Assembly: GCA_000002445.1 (NCBI GenBank)
Contig: CP000069.1
Location: 1,024,001-1,088,000 of the forward strand
Direction of reading: 5' to 3'
Origin: Trypanosoma brucei
Lineage: Eukaryota
DNA: 64,000 bases
Positions 23,299 through 35,100 of the stretch are shown piece after piece. The notes below the pieces were generated by a model. That model was not told where the DNA came from. It did no database searches and saw only the letters and a list, made by a program, of their open reading frames with translations. Position numbers and translations under genes: made by a program. Positions within the stretch are counted from its first letter, which is position 1; every line of letters starts with the position of its first letter.

Positions 23299-23813
23299 TG
23301 TCGCCACCACAAAGGAACGGACCACTAGACTCGTTGAAAAAAAAAAGGAAAAAACAAACACCGGAATAAATAAGAGTATAAACGAATTGTGGATCAACAG
23401 AAAAAAACACTAGTTTCTTCCAACGGGTGGAAATAAAATTGCCCTAGTCGTGAACATTATTGCAGAGAAAACGGTACGCCTCGGGTTTAGTCACACGGAT
23501 ACTCAGAATAAAACTCAACTCATTTCCCTCCAGTCAGAGAGACTATATGTCCTCCGATCATTGCAATTCCTTTCATCATGTAAACACAAGATATTTTTTC
23601 GCTTTATATTGATGAAGCGCGTGAAAGTGTTAGTTCCATCACAAGCAACAAAGCGGTTCAGTGGTTCCAGCGATTGAGAGTGGTGGAAATGGCCGCTGGT
23701 GGATTGAATCAACAATCGGTTGTTCAGCCGGCGCGAGTAGCAAAGAGACACAAACACTTATCAGGGTTCAATGGAAAGGGAGCCCTCGTTGGGCCACATG
23801 ATTTCTCGGTAAG

Positions 23814-25766
23814 TCAGTCCTCTGCACGGGGAAAGTATAAGCGCAATATAAATGAAGTCATCAGGAATATGACATCCGCTACAAGTAGTAAAATCAAAAA
23901 CACGTCCGATCCCAAAATAAAAAGTCGGTGACGCCTTCCCTTGATGTTCGCCAGTTGCTGAAGAAGGGCGTCGCTTTTGGCGATGAACCATGAAAAAATT
24001 TTTTCGGAAGAGTTTTGGCGCTCGGCAATCTCGTGATAATCATGAAGCCACCCCATTTCCCACAAAAAGTCGGGAGTGTCAAAAAATTCTGTGATTGCCA
24101 TGTTGGCTATGTGCAACTCCCCCTCGAGACGTGTGATTTGTTGCTGCGCCGAAAAGTAGTCAAAAAAACCACGAATCTCAGAAGGGATTTGTAACACCTC
24201 CTTGTGAAACTTGTGAGTCATGTTGTCGAAAAAATCCACCACTGATATGCGACCAAGGGCGTACGACACAGTCAGCATAACTTGAGATCGTAGAGGGTTG
24301 CTGCGAGGAATAAGATAATGATCAAAACACAGATTTGTAGAGAAACGATCCAGCGCTTGCCTTCTCCCCAACTGTGTCGTCGCATCGTAGTTTTCATCCA
24401 ACTCGTATGAGTGCCACATTGGGAACAACTCATCAATACTTTTTTGTGTGTGTCGTTCCTGTATGGCCTCATTCACAAATGAGGGGTCCGCAGAGAGAAA
24501 ATCATCTTCTACGAGCCAATGGTCACAACGGTTCATTCCCCACCATACCACTACACCACCGGGAAACAAAAAGAGGTCAAACGTATCAAAGGAAGAAACA
24601 TGCAACACGTCATGAATAATCGCAGCCCGGTAACCACGACGCTTGTATAGAGAAGAGAGTAACTCAAGATCGAATTTCCGTGCTACATAACTGCAACTGA
24701 CGCTCCCAATGCGGTTTGACATGGCATGGTAACCGCTGTGGCCACGCAACCGACGTCGTCCTTTGGCTGCTTTGAGTGGTTTGCGCATCGTTACACGGTC
24801 ATCCAGTGGAGAGACGGCGAATATCGACTGGTAGCCTTGTAGGTACTCGAGGACTGTTCCATTAGCTTCAGCAAACCGCTCTTCCCAATTTAATTCTTCA
24901 TGAATGAGCTGCAGTGTTACGCGCCCTGGTTCATTATTGGCTATGATGTTAATGATGTAGTTACGCGGGTCTTCAGGTGATTCATATTTCATTCTCTCAG
25001 CTACGGCACTATTTCCGTCCGTCGCAGCGTCACTTTGGCGCACTACCGTACCACTCACCAACTTCTCTTCAGAGGATTCCGCATGAACTTCCGGTCGGGG
25101 TTCCACAACTGCCGTATATGAGCGTAGAGAAGTGGACCTCATTTCTATGGATGCAGGTGAAGATGAACCACTACGGTTCCCTCGCGACCGTGTCACATGC
25201 TTCACCGTCGGTTCCAGAAGCGATGGCTGATGTAACAGATGATCCTCATCCACTGTTGTGTCTGTGTCACAGTGCGGTGGCTGTTGGTAGTAATATTCCC
25301 AGTGCTTTCCGGTTAAAGAGTTTAAACATTGTGTATCGGACTCACTCCGCAAACCGTGCGGATCAGCAAGGAAGTATCGCGTCGTTTGGCTCATGTTCGG
25401 AGTTTGGTACAATTGATGCCTTGCTGGAGGTTCTCCCTCCTGGATCTCATCGCTGGGGGCTGGAGTGCCCCCAGGGCTCCTCAAACTCATACGCCGTGAC
25501 AATCCGGTGCCTCCTTGAATTTGAAAGGGTTGATCGATAGCTATCGCGTAATCCGTAGCCATGATTCCCGTGATACTACTAACTTCACTACTCCCTCTTC
25601 TCACTCTCAAAATTAGAGGCGGTTCATCCCCATGACTGTGATCATCTCTCACAGGACCCTCATGCCACAAAACTGATTGACTGTTACTCGGATCATAAGT
25701 AAACACACTCGAAGGCGGGTGCGGATTCAGCTTTTGACTATCCTCGTGATCCTCTTTTTGGTTCAT
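23814..25766 (-). CDS. DUF155 (RMD1/Sif2-like) domain protein with C-terminal transmembrane helix
   Basis: 650-aa ORF; ATG at 25764-25766 checked. The N-terminal 350 aa are Ser/Pro-rich and probably disordered. The C-terminal region contains the DUF155-like core VLHVSSFDTFDLFLFPGGVVVWWGMN. The terminal hydrophobic segment FLILLLVADVIFLMTSFIL matches the family architecture. The domain assignment rests on remembered motifs, with no search run. Confidence 0.55.
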   Translation of the reverse strand: MNQKEDHEDSQKLNPHPPSSVFTYDPSNSQSVLWHEGPVRDDHSHGDEPPLILRVRRGSSEVSSITGIMATDYAIAIDQPFQIQGGTGLSRRMSLRSPGGTPAPSDEIQEGEPPARHQLYQTPNMSQTTRYFLADPHGLRSESDTQCLNSLTGKHWEYYYQQPPHCDTDTTVDEDHLLHQPSLLEPTVKHVTRSRGNRSGSSSPASIEMRSTSLRSYTAVVEPRPEVHAESSEEKLVSGTVVRQSDAATDGNSAVAERMKYESPEDPRNYIINIIANNEPGRVTLQLIHEELNWEERFAEANGTVLEYLQGYQSIFAVSPLDDRVTMRKPLKAAKGRRRLRGHSGYHAMSNRIGSVSCSYVARKFDLELLSSLYKRRGYRAAIIHDVLHVSSFDTFDLFLFPGGVVVWWGMNRCDHWLVEDDFLSADPSFVNEAIQERHTQKSIDELFPMWHSYELDENYDATTQLGRRQALDRFSTNLCFDHYLIPRSNPLRSQVMLTVSYALGRISVVDFFDNMTHKFHKEVLQIPSEIRGFFDYFSAQQQITRLEGELHIANMAITEFFDTPDFLWEMGWLHDYHEIAERQNSSEKIFSWFIAKSDALLQQLANIKGRRHRLFILGSDVFLILLLVADVIFLMTSFILRLYFPRAED

Positions 25767-26571
25767 TGGTTAATACTTCGCTTCCCTTCCGTTGCAGCAC
25801 GGACAAAGCCGTTAATTCCCCCCACAGTCTGCACTATTACACAATGAGGAATTGAAAAGTTGAAAGATTCAAGAAAAGGGAAAGTGACACCAAAAAAGAA
25901 AAATAAATAAATAGAGAATCGTAGTAGTAAATAAATATTCTGCCTCAAGATCACATTTTGTCTTCTTTAATTTCACATCAAATATCCTTCTTCGTCAGTA
26001 CAGACATCATAAGTAAAAGGAGAACCATCACCCCTCCGCTACTTCGATAGTGTTAATCTATTGATGATGCACCGAACACCCACACTCCCCACAAAAAGAG
26101 AATTTCAATTTCATAACATCGTCCGCAGTTAAACACGAGGAGGCGCGGCATTCGAACAGCGACATGCTACCCCCCCCCCAAAAAAAAAAAAATAATAATA
26201 ATAGGTCTCATACCAATAACAGAAACTGAAGCACAGCGTGGTACTGTGAGAATACAACTGAAACAATGTACGGTATCAGTTGCAGTAATCAAGAGTTCAC
26301 CTAACACTCGTTGTTATTCCACTTATTCACAATCATGGTGACTAGATGATGCGCAATTTTCAGTCCTCAGATGCAGCTAATATTTATGTCACGCGTAGCT
26401 TCCCCTACACTGTGTAGGTATAGCACAAATATTGTGAAAACATGCTGGGTATTTCAGCGGAATGGCAGGTTATATTAAGCTCAAGGTGGCGCTAAGCATA
26501 TAAATGAAAGCACATCCATAAACGTTACAGAAGCAAAGACTAGTACTAATCTTCCCGGACCCACGCATTTT

Positions 26572-27414
26572 TCAATATCCAAAGCCCGCGCGGGGACCAT
26601 GATGGCGTGCTAAAAGGGACTGTAAAAGAGAAAAGACCCCGAAGCTAACTGCCATCATTGGCACCTCCTTCCGTAAAGTTGGCATAAGGCCCCTGCAGAT
26701 TGCAGAGTCATGAATAACAGTCTGTTGGTAAAAATGGGCAGAGAGTGGATAACAGACGGTAGAAGCCACAGCCGCAGCCACTCCGCCAACAACAGTGTGT
26801 CCAACACCAACGGTGAAATGATTTACAAAATTTATAATCTCTTTTCCACTGGAATCCCTCTCCACACGTAGAGGTAAAATGCGGTTGCGCTCGCAGAAAC
26901 GTCGTAATCCCTCAAAGACAGTCAGCAGAGTGCCGAAGTAAACAGCATTTACCATAAGTGGAGGCGTGGTATAGAAGAATTGCAATATGGTTTTGCTTCG
27001 AAATATCTGACATGTTTTCCTAAAACTGTCACCAGTGCGTAGGCACTCGTCCGATACACGATTTATAGGGTTACATATGAGCCTCATGACGAAACCAGCA
27101 ACAGCACCAATCATGAAAGTCGTAAAGGCTTTATACGGTGGGTTAACTTCGGTACCGGGAAGGAGCCGAGCAGAAACGGGGACATAAAACCACATGAGAA
27201 TTCCAAACTGTGGGGCACGCCGCTGCAGTGCCCTTTTTGGTCCTTTATTCCCTCCTTCATCAAAAGGAAGGGCCACTGCCCGTCCTGCCAAACCCGCCAT
27301 GCTTCCGGTGACAAGAACTAGAGGGTCACGAAGCACTGCGAGCTTCTGTCGCTCAATTTTATGCAATCGTTCAAAGGTTGTACCGATCCCACCCACAACA
27401 GTAGTGAGAACCAT
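26572..27414 (-). CDS. polytopic membrane protein, function unknown (6-7 hydrophobic segments; carrier-like size but no P-x-[DE]-x-x-[KR] signature)
   Basis: 280-aa ORF; ATG at 27412-27414 checked. It has non-repetitive, coding-like composition. Several 18-22-aa hydrophobic stretches are present, for example LVLVTGSMAGLAGRAVALP, AFTTFMIGAVAGFVMRLI and FTVGVGHTVVGGVAAAVASTV. I could not place it in a named family. Confidence 0.45.
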   Translation of the reverse strand: MVLTTVVGGIGTTFERLHKIERQKLAVLRDPLVLVTGSMAGLAGRAVALPFDEGGNKGPKRALQRRAPQFGILMWFYVPVSARLLPGTEVNPPYKAFTTFMIGAVAGFVMRLICNPINRVSDECLRTGDSFRKTCQIFRSKTILQFFYTTPPLMVNAVYFGTLLTVFEGLRRFCERNRILPLRVERDSSGKEIINFVNHFTVGVGHTVVGGVAAAVASTVCYPLSAHFYQQTVIHDSAICRGLMPTLRKEVPMMAVSFGVFSLLQSLLARHHGPRAGFGY

Positions 27415-28144
27415 TATAAATCCGCTACCTCAAATTACCACTTTATATACAATCCAACACTAATACTAAACTGACTCCTATGGTTCAACCACCTTTTCGC
27501 TGAATAAAAAAGCCCTTTGCTTTCTTCCGCTATCTACTGATACTGTTGCTCAAAGACTACACTATGGTTTCCCTTTGCTATCTTCCACAACGACAGAAGC
27601 CCCCGTTTGTATTCTGTTGGGTACGAGAGAAAAATACTGTCACTACCATACAGCAACAAAAAAAAAAGAAGTGAGAGGTAACGAAAAAGGGAAGAAACTC
27701 ATTGGAGTTAATATAATGACGATTACAGCAACCGAGTCACGTATCTCTTTCTGTTAAGCGGACTATCGATGTTTTCTGAAAACAATCGATTCGGGTTTGA
27801 CCCTAACCTCAACGCGCACATTCACTCGGCACTCACACACCGTAACCGAAGTGGAAGCCACCGCATCATTGATGATAGCACCAAAAGGCATTTTCCCCAC
27901 TACCACACGTCACGATCGTTAACGGCCAGTGTTCAGGGGTGAAAAAATAATTATTCGCGGGGGCCCTCCTCGCAACAACGGCCCAATTGATTTAAACTTA
28001 TTCGAATAAGTATATTATTATTATATATATATATATATATTGTTACGACAAAAGAGAAGATGAATGATGCGAATACTGTACCTTACCCAACTCACATTGA
28101 TGATGGGATATTCATTTCCCTGAGTCTCCTTCTGAGGGAAGGTA

Positions 28145-29245
28145 CTAATTCACTCTACCCTCACCATCATAACCTTTAGGATGTAACTTATTACTTCGTA
28201 GACTGACTTTCATCATATGTTCCTGGTAGTGCGCATCCTGTCGCTTCAACAGTTTATGCGCTTCCCTATGAACCTCACGCATTTCCTCACGCTCTTCCCT
28301 ACGCAAAGCAACTTGAGTTTCGTATTGAGCAGCGATAAGTAAGCGATGCTGTTCAATACGCGCGTTACTATCTTTCTTGCGTGGACGTGGGACTTCCGCC
28401 TCCCGTCGTTGTACGCAGCGCCTGCTGTCGGAAACAACCAGTTCCATGTTATTGAGATCGAGGCGCTCACCCACATCCACATCGGCAAGACTAATACTAT
28501 AAAACTCATCGTATTCAGGACCAAGAATAATTCGGTCGTGATTTTTCTCACGCATGTGGGCCCTAAGCGCTTCTAATGATGCGAATGATCTTGTCTTTTC
28601 CCCACAAACAAGGCAGAGCAGACCGTTCGTTTTGCGTGCCACGTAGGAAAGAAGTCCTGCAACGTCTGTACATTTCTCCTGTAGGGGAATTGTGAACTCA
28701 TGAACATTAAAAAGATGTTCCAAGTTTGCCTCCACGTTGTCTGAAAGAGCACCGCATGCAAAGCAACGGACTTCACTCACGTCTTCCTCACGCTCCTCCG
28801 GTTGCACCTTCACCTCTTTCGTTTTCTTCGTACCTTCGCTGAGAGCCTTCGGCCTCTTTGCGTTATGGCGCCGATGTAACCCAACCGCCGCACTACCCAA
28901 TGATGTGCTTGTCAAGGCACTTGCTGCATCAGAGTCACGAGCGAGGATTCGCTGCTCCTTTTTAATGAGATGAGCGGTAGAGCGAACATGCGCCTGAAGC
29001 GTTTGCACGCAATGGAACGTTTTCTTGCAAAGTTTACAGGCGAAAGACGGCCCACCGTCATTGTCCACGTCGATTCCCTCCGCTATACGCATATGTTTGT
29101 ACTCCTGAGCGGTAACTGGTCGCTTCCCTTCCACTCGCATCCGTACGTTATGCACATGAAAATCAGACTGGTAATGTTTGCGACTGGCTTCAATACTGTC
29201 GAATGCAACACCACATGCACCACACTGAGGAGCTGGCAGCGACAT
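28145..29245 (-). CDS. REI1 / ZNF622-like cytoplasmic pre-60S biogenesis factor (four U1-type C2H2 zinc fingers)
   Basis: The ORF-track start at 29257 is TTG. The first ATG is at 29243-29245 (MSLPAPQCGACGVAF...). Finger 1 is CGACGVAFDSIEASRKHYQSDFHVHNVRMR, which is the REI1 N-terminal finger pattern C-x2-C...H-x3-SD(W/F)H-x-(Y/H)N. Three further fingers are FACKLCKKTFHCVQTLQAHVRSTAH, RCFACGALSDNVEANLEHLFNVH and LCLVCGEKTRSFASLEALRAHMREKNH. Confidence 0.75.
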   Translation of the reverse strand: MSLPAPQCGACGVAFDSIEASRKHYQSDFHVHNVRMRVEGKRPVTAQEYKHMRIAEGIDVDNDGGPSFACKLCKKTFHCVQTLQAHVRSTAHLIKKEQRILARDSDAASALTSTSLGSAAVGLHRRHNAKRPKALSEGTKKTKEVKVQPEEREEDVSEVRCFACGALSDNVEANLEHLFNVHEFTIPLQEKCTDVAGLLSYVARKTNGLLCLVCGEKTRSFASLEALRAHMREKNHDRIILGPEYDEFYSISLADVDVGERLDLNNMELVVSDSRRCVQRREAEVPRPRKKDSNARIEQHRLLIAAQYETQVALRREEREEMREVHREAHKLLKRQDAHYQEHMMKVSLRSNKLHPKGYDGEGRVN

Positions 29246-29995
29246 AAGAAGCAGCAATCCTTCCTTACTTGTTTTATTTTTATTTTTTTTAATTTACACC
29301 TCCACCGTTTACCCGCTCTCGAGTTTGTGGGCTTGATGGTGCGTGGTGACTCAGTAATACGAACCCTTAACAAATATATGAGCCAAGGAACTAATACAAA
29401 TATGGAAATATATTTCTGCAATAACGATGCTACTCCGTAGTTCAACACGGTTTTGCCTTACCAGAGATTTACCTTCTTTTTTGAGAAGGGTTTCTTCCTT
29501 TTTTTCTTTTCTTTTCTAATCAAAGTGGATGATAAAGCGTAAAAGCAATAATTTAATAAAAAGAGGGTACAGATTTTAAAAAAAACAATAAACAAAATAG
29601 ATGACACAGCAAAAGAAACTGTTAGGGATAAATTATCTACAGCAAATGAAACTGCTTTTAATACTAATTGACGGTCAAAAAAAAAAACTCAAGTGAATCT
29701 GCACTAATCCACCCATGTGGAGAAACATTTCATAATATGTGCAAAGAAAGGGATGGGAGTACTTTTCTAAAAAAAAACAGGGAGGAGGAGGGGAGAAAAA
29801 AAGTAGCACTACAACAATCCGCACCTTAAGTAGAATTAGATGAAGAGGATAAATATTTAATTATATTTACGCATATTTATGTATACATTGTTTCGACTAT
29901 TGCTGTGGTTATTTCTTCCTTTCTTTCTGTTCCTTTCCAATATTGTAAAAACGGAGATGGAAACCATCCACAATCAAAACAATAGCAACAACACG

Positions 29996-30018
29996 AGGGG
30001 AGGGGAGGGGAGGGGAAG
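29996..30018. repeat. (GGGGA)4 G-run repeat
   Basis: Direct reading (gaggggaggggaggggaggggaag). It lies in the 2.9-kb spacer between the P4-ATPase and the REI1-like gene. Confidence 0.9.
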
Positions 30019-31074
30019 AACGAGCAGAAAACGTAAAAAAAAAAAGGAAAATAGAAGAAGTCGAAAGCAGGTACAACGAAAGGAAACGCCGACAACCAAA
30101 CAAATATATATATATGTTTATATTTATTTACTAATTATTTATTTTTTTTTACTTCTGTTGATATGCCCAACTTGTAGCAATGCCATATTTGTGTGTTCAA
30201 ATAGTTGGGAAAAACAACCACTCGTCGGAAGGGATTTGTCATTCTCGACAAACAACCGAACAAAACAACGAATTTACAAGAATAATTATTCATCCCAGCG
30301 TTATTCAAACAAACTAGTGGTTGAAAACATTATTCATTACCACATAACTAAAAAAAAAGGGAAAAAGTTGACTCTTCGAATTTTATATGATTAATTTTTT
30401 TTTTTAATAGTCTTTCCCGTAATTAGTCATTACCTTAACGTTTCGACTTCATTCTTGTTTTTATTTCTGCTTTCCCTCCACTCTCCACCCACACCCTCCC
30501 ACGGATACTTAAAAACAAAAACATAAATATTTTCCTCCTTTCTTCTCCTTAAGGATCGTCAGCAATACAATGTTGAAGACATAAGTAACCACAAAACACC
30601 CCTACACACTGCCATCAACTTCAACGACAAAAACAAAAACAAACAACAAAATGACAGCGAAACGTACAAGAAAAAAAAACAGTAACCATATCAAGTTTCT
30701 TTTTTCCTGTTGTTTCACATTTACCAACACTAATAATAATAATACCTATTTTTTCTTTCAGTGCCAAACAGGCATAATTCAGTTGCAAAGTCGGCAGCGG
30801 AGGGGGAAATTGCCGCCTTCTCTCACGTGTAGAGGTAAGGAAACGTATAATCAGATGTTTAAGAGGTAAATAAGAGAGAAATAGTAGCACGCAGGGGGAA
30901 AAAAGGAAAAGAAAAAGCGACAAGTGAAGCGTTCAGTTGGAAACCTGCCATAATTTTCTTTTTTTTTTCCTTTCCCTCCCTTATTTCTCCGTTACTAACC
31001 ACTGGTTTAATAAATGTTTCATAAGCTTTATGTTCCTCGTGATATAAAAACTTTTGGTGCATAAATACATAAAA

Positions 31075-31098
31075 ATATATATATATATATATATATAT
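31075..31098. repeat. (AT)12 microsatellite
   Basis: Direct reading. Confidence 0.95.
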
Positions 31099-32158
31099 CA
31101 CAATTAGAACCAATTTGCCCACTTAAATATATTTATCTCTTTCGTCACCTTGACCTCTTACACCTCAGAATCCTATTTCCGTATGTTTATGTTTATTTGC
31201 TTCCGGTTCACCGGCAATTTGGCGTCGGATGCAATACAAAACGAAACCTGACTTTACCATAATCAACATTAAGTAGAAACAAAAATAAAGAAAGAAAAAG
31301 GGAGTTTTTATTTATTTTTTTAAAAAAGGTTAAGACGAATGTTCGTGACAACTATTTCTTCTCTTTTTTAAAAAAATTCCACCATTATCCACCCGCTAAT
31401 TCGATTGCACTTTTCAGTTTTATTTATCCTTATACACGACGTGGCATGCTATATCAAACCAGTGCTTTTCCTCTCAAAACCCTTCTGCTATTGTACCTCC
31501 TGCTCCTAACTTACTTATATTTTCTGCACATGTATAGACAAATACACGTAAATTTGCTATAAACAGGCGAATAAATGAATGAATAGACGGTTATGTAGCA
31601 ATTTTTTTGTTATAATAATATTAATAATGAAACTAACAGCAAGAATTGCATTCATCTACATTCTCTTTCCTCGCTTTCCTTAATTTTCCCTCACTACCCT
31701 CAACTAATGACAACCATTAGCATCCTCAGAGCCCCCTTTTTTATTGTTTATTTACTTTCTTTTTAGTGCACCAAAGGAAATCAAGCAGAAAAACAACAGA
31801 AAGAATACAACACAAAAGAGTAAACCGCAAGGAATCAAAGATGATGACGCCAATAAACAGTATCAAACAGGAATCAAAAAACAAAGCGATCATCAACTAA
31901 TAATAGTGCGACCTCCTATAACAAAATAAATAAATAAATAAACGCTAGACCAGGGAGCTGTGGAGTGACAGCAGAAAGGTAAAAGCACCGAGTTTAAATT
32001 TGAGCAAAACCGAAGTGTGAAATCACAGGTAGAGTCAGCGGTGGTGGTTCAGGGGGCGCCAAGCAAAATTATTAAAAGAATGTTACAAAATAATGTAACG
32101 AAACGAAGCCCTATCACTATTATCCCTTTTCCTTTCCACGAAACGTAAACCACGGTTT

Positions 32159-35100
32159 CTACACAGAGTTTGCGTTCCTTATCGTCAGTTCATCATCTGC
32201 AAGTACAACTGTGACATACGTGGATGGCTCCTCTGGGACACACCATAAGCAGCGGGAGAGACGCGAGACACTCGCTCGTTTCTCCACAGCCAATGGGTCA
32301 TTCGCTTGACGTCGTAATTCTGCCGAGCGCATAACATCTCGCGGATCGGGGCGCCAAATCTTGATAAGAGTCAAGACACCAAGCACAGGAACAACCAAGG
32401 CACTCACCACTGCAATACATGTCAAAAATGAAACAATATCCGTTGTTTTCTTCCACACACCGTAGTAATAAAAACTCTCTAGGGAAGAGTAAATCATGTT
32501 GGCTGCAACGTATACTACTGGCATTCCGAAGATAAAAATCGCATTTAATGCCGTAACAGTGTGTGATTCCATGAGGACAGTTACCACTTGCAATAGGATT
32601 AAAATGGCATATGTTAGGGTGAATGCCACATCCTTTGCGCTTTGACCAGCATCATTTGGGGAGGCGAATCCCGTCCCATGCACACTTAAAACAAGGAAAT
32701 AAGCCAAGATAGATTGGAACACTCCACGGAAAATGAACGACCCAAAAAACTGACAAACACCCAGATCCACACCGCTGCGGGTCACCTTGTAGAGAGCAGG
32801 AGTTTGTTCAAGAACTCTTCGTGGAACCTTTCGATCAAGACAGTAGAGCATCGTCTGTGGAAGTGAATACAGACCGTTCCAAAGAGTTAGTCCAAAACCA
32901 TCCCAAAAACTACCACCAGAATAATGGGTGTGAAAGATATTATGCACCAATTGAATTATGCCAATTAATACCGACTTGTAGAAGCTATACTTAATGACGA
33001 ACGCCGTACGGTTGTATGCCAGCTGTCCATGAACGAAAACAAGCGATCGAAGGTCGGAAAATCGAGAAATGCTAAAATCCGCTGCACGAGCCGCTTGTTT
33101 CCCTTCCCGCCCCGTAATCCCAACACCCACCTGCGCTTCCTGAATCATGGCCACATCGTTACCACCATCGCCAACTGCAAGAGTGATGAATCCACGGGAA
33201 CGAACGAGGCGCGTGACAGCTGCCTTTTGCTTGGGCGTCGTGCGTGCACAGATAACACTGGCGCAGTTTTCACTCAGCTCAGTTAGTAACTTTAACAGCG
33301 ATGGTGTCGTCAGGATTCTTTCAAGCACCTGACCACCTTCTATCACTAGCACGTAAGAAGATCCGGTTGACAGTGGATTCACATCAGCACTCTCATTTGT
33401 TTCTGTTGTCACACTTCCGTTTCGTTTTTGCATCATCCCCATCGCACACACTTTTTCACCCACCGCTGGATCACTACTAGACCCTGTTGGGAAGCCAGCA
33501 TCACCATACTGTACATCCATCATCACGCCCTTTGAGAACTGCAGAAGTGATTCCATGTACCCTTCCCAAGATTCAAAGGCATCTAACTTATCTGCGAGTA
33601 CACGTAGCACACAATCACCCGGTGAACACAAAGAACAGGTTAGTGCAATTTGTTCAGCCGTTTGTACCTTGTCACCAGTAAGCATCCATACCTTAATACC
33701 AGCTTGCAAGAAACTCCGGATAGTTTCAGGCACATGATCCTGTAACTTGTCCTCTATGGCGGTCACACCCAAGATAGTCACGGAGTTCTCCATCTCCAAA
33801 CGCAGCTTATAGATTTCCTCCTTCCGGTTATTCATTGAAAGTTCCGCCTCTCTCACCTTCTCCAAAAACTCATCAAGCTCGTTCCTTGTTAGGCGCTTCT
33901 CAGCGACTAGAAGCGTGCGCAAACCAAACACCGCATAATGTTCTACTTCAGCAAGAATGGCAGCTTTCGAAGACATTCGCTCCCCTTTACCCCACTGCGG
34001 CCCTCCAGTGGAAGAATTCTCATCGAGGGCCATCTCAAGAATGCGGTCATCCGCCCCCTTTACGAAGTAATATATCGCATTGGTGCTTTTTTCCTCAACA
34101 ATAACACCCATTGTCTTGAACTCCGATGCGAACGCAAACACATAATGAACAAACCACTCCTCCTTAATACCGTTCACCTCCACCGCCGCAGTGGTCGCAT
34201 CCCGTGCAACGAGTCTCACGTTCAGTTTCTCACACCCATTACACAGTGCCACTTCATCTGGTGATGCTGCTTGATAACGCATCGTCCCTACTGCACCACA
34301 CCCAGTTGATAAGCCACTCTGAGTCATCTCTTGGCTAACGTCATCATAGACAACTTCTACAGTGTTACACAACGACAAAACACGTCCGAAGTGTAGAACA
34401 TGCTCTCCACAAGAGACCTGCACCTCTTCCGCTTCTACTGGCGCCAGGCACTTTCGCTCACCATTTATCGTTGCAAACAGAAACTCCATTACATTTTGCG
34501 TTAGCGTACCTGTTTTGTCCGAAAGCACGTAGTCCACTTGCCCCAGGTCCTCCACAATGCTGGAGTTCCTCACATTACACCATTCACCATCGTGGTGCAT
34601 GGCCACATCGTTTTCAATAACCAATGCAAAGTAGTATTTGGACATGTCCGTAACGAATTTGAATGAAATTGGTATGAAAACGGTTGTCAAGAGGAAAAAA
34701 CGAAGAGTATAAATGCCGAAGGCGAGCCCATCTTCACCCGTTGTCATCGGAAGGTACCAGTATGTTTTTTCCACATTTTTGTTCATGAGGTAACCTACAG
34801 CCCCAAACAAAAAACCACAGCTTATTTGGAAAATAAAGACGAAAATAGCATACTTTGATATATCTCGGTCGATTTGGGCCCACTTTACCTTTGGGTTCCG
34901 CTTATTCAAGCAGCATTTAGTATCCTCTCCCGTATATACTGCTAAACAAATTGCTGTTTTTGTGTTCTTCAATACGCACGATTGAGGTAAAATATTGTTC
35001 TCAGATAAGGAAACCCGCATCGGAGCGCTGTTATTCGCCGCCACAGTCTCAGCCGCTGGTGATCTGGAGAAAAAGAACTCTGCAACCCCATCGAAACAGT

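Noticed and set aside
26572-27414. Calling the 280-aa membrane protein a mitochondrial carrier (SLC25)
   Set aside because: The size and helix count fit, but none of the three P-x-[DE]-x-x-[KR] signatures is present, so I kept it as an unknown polytopic membrane protein.
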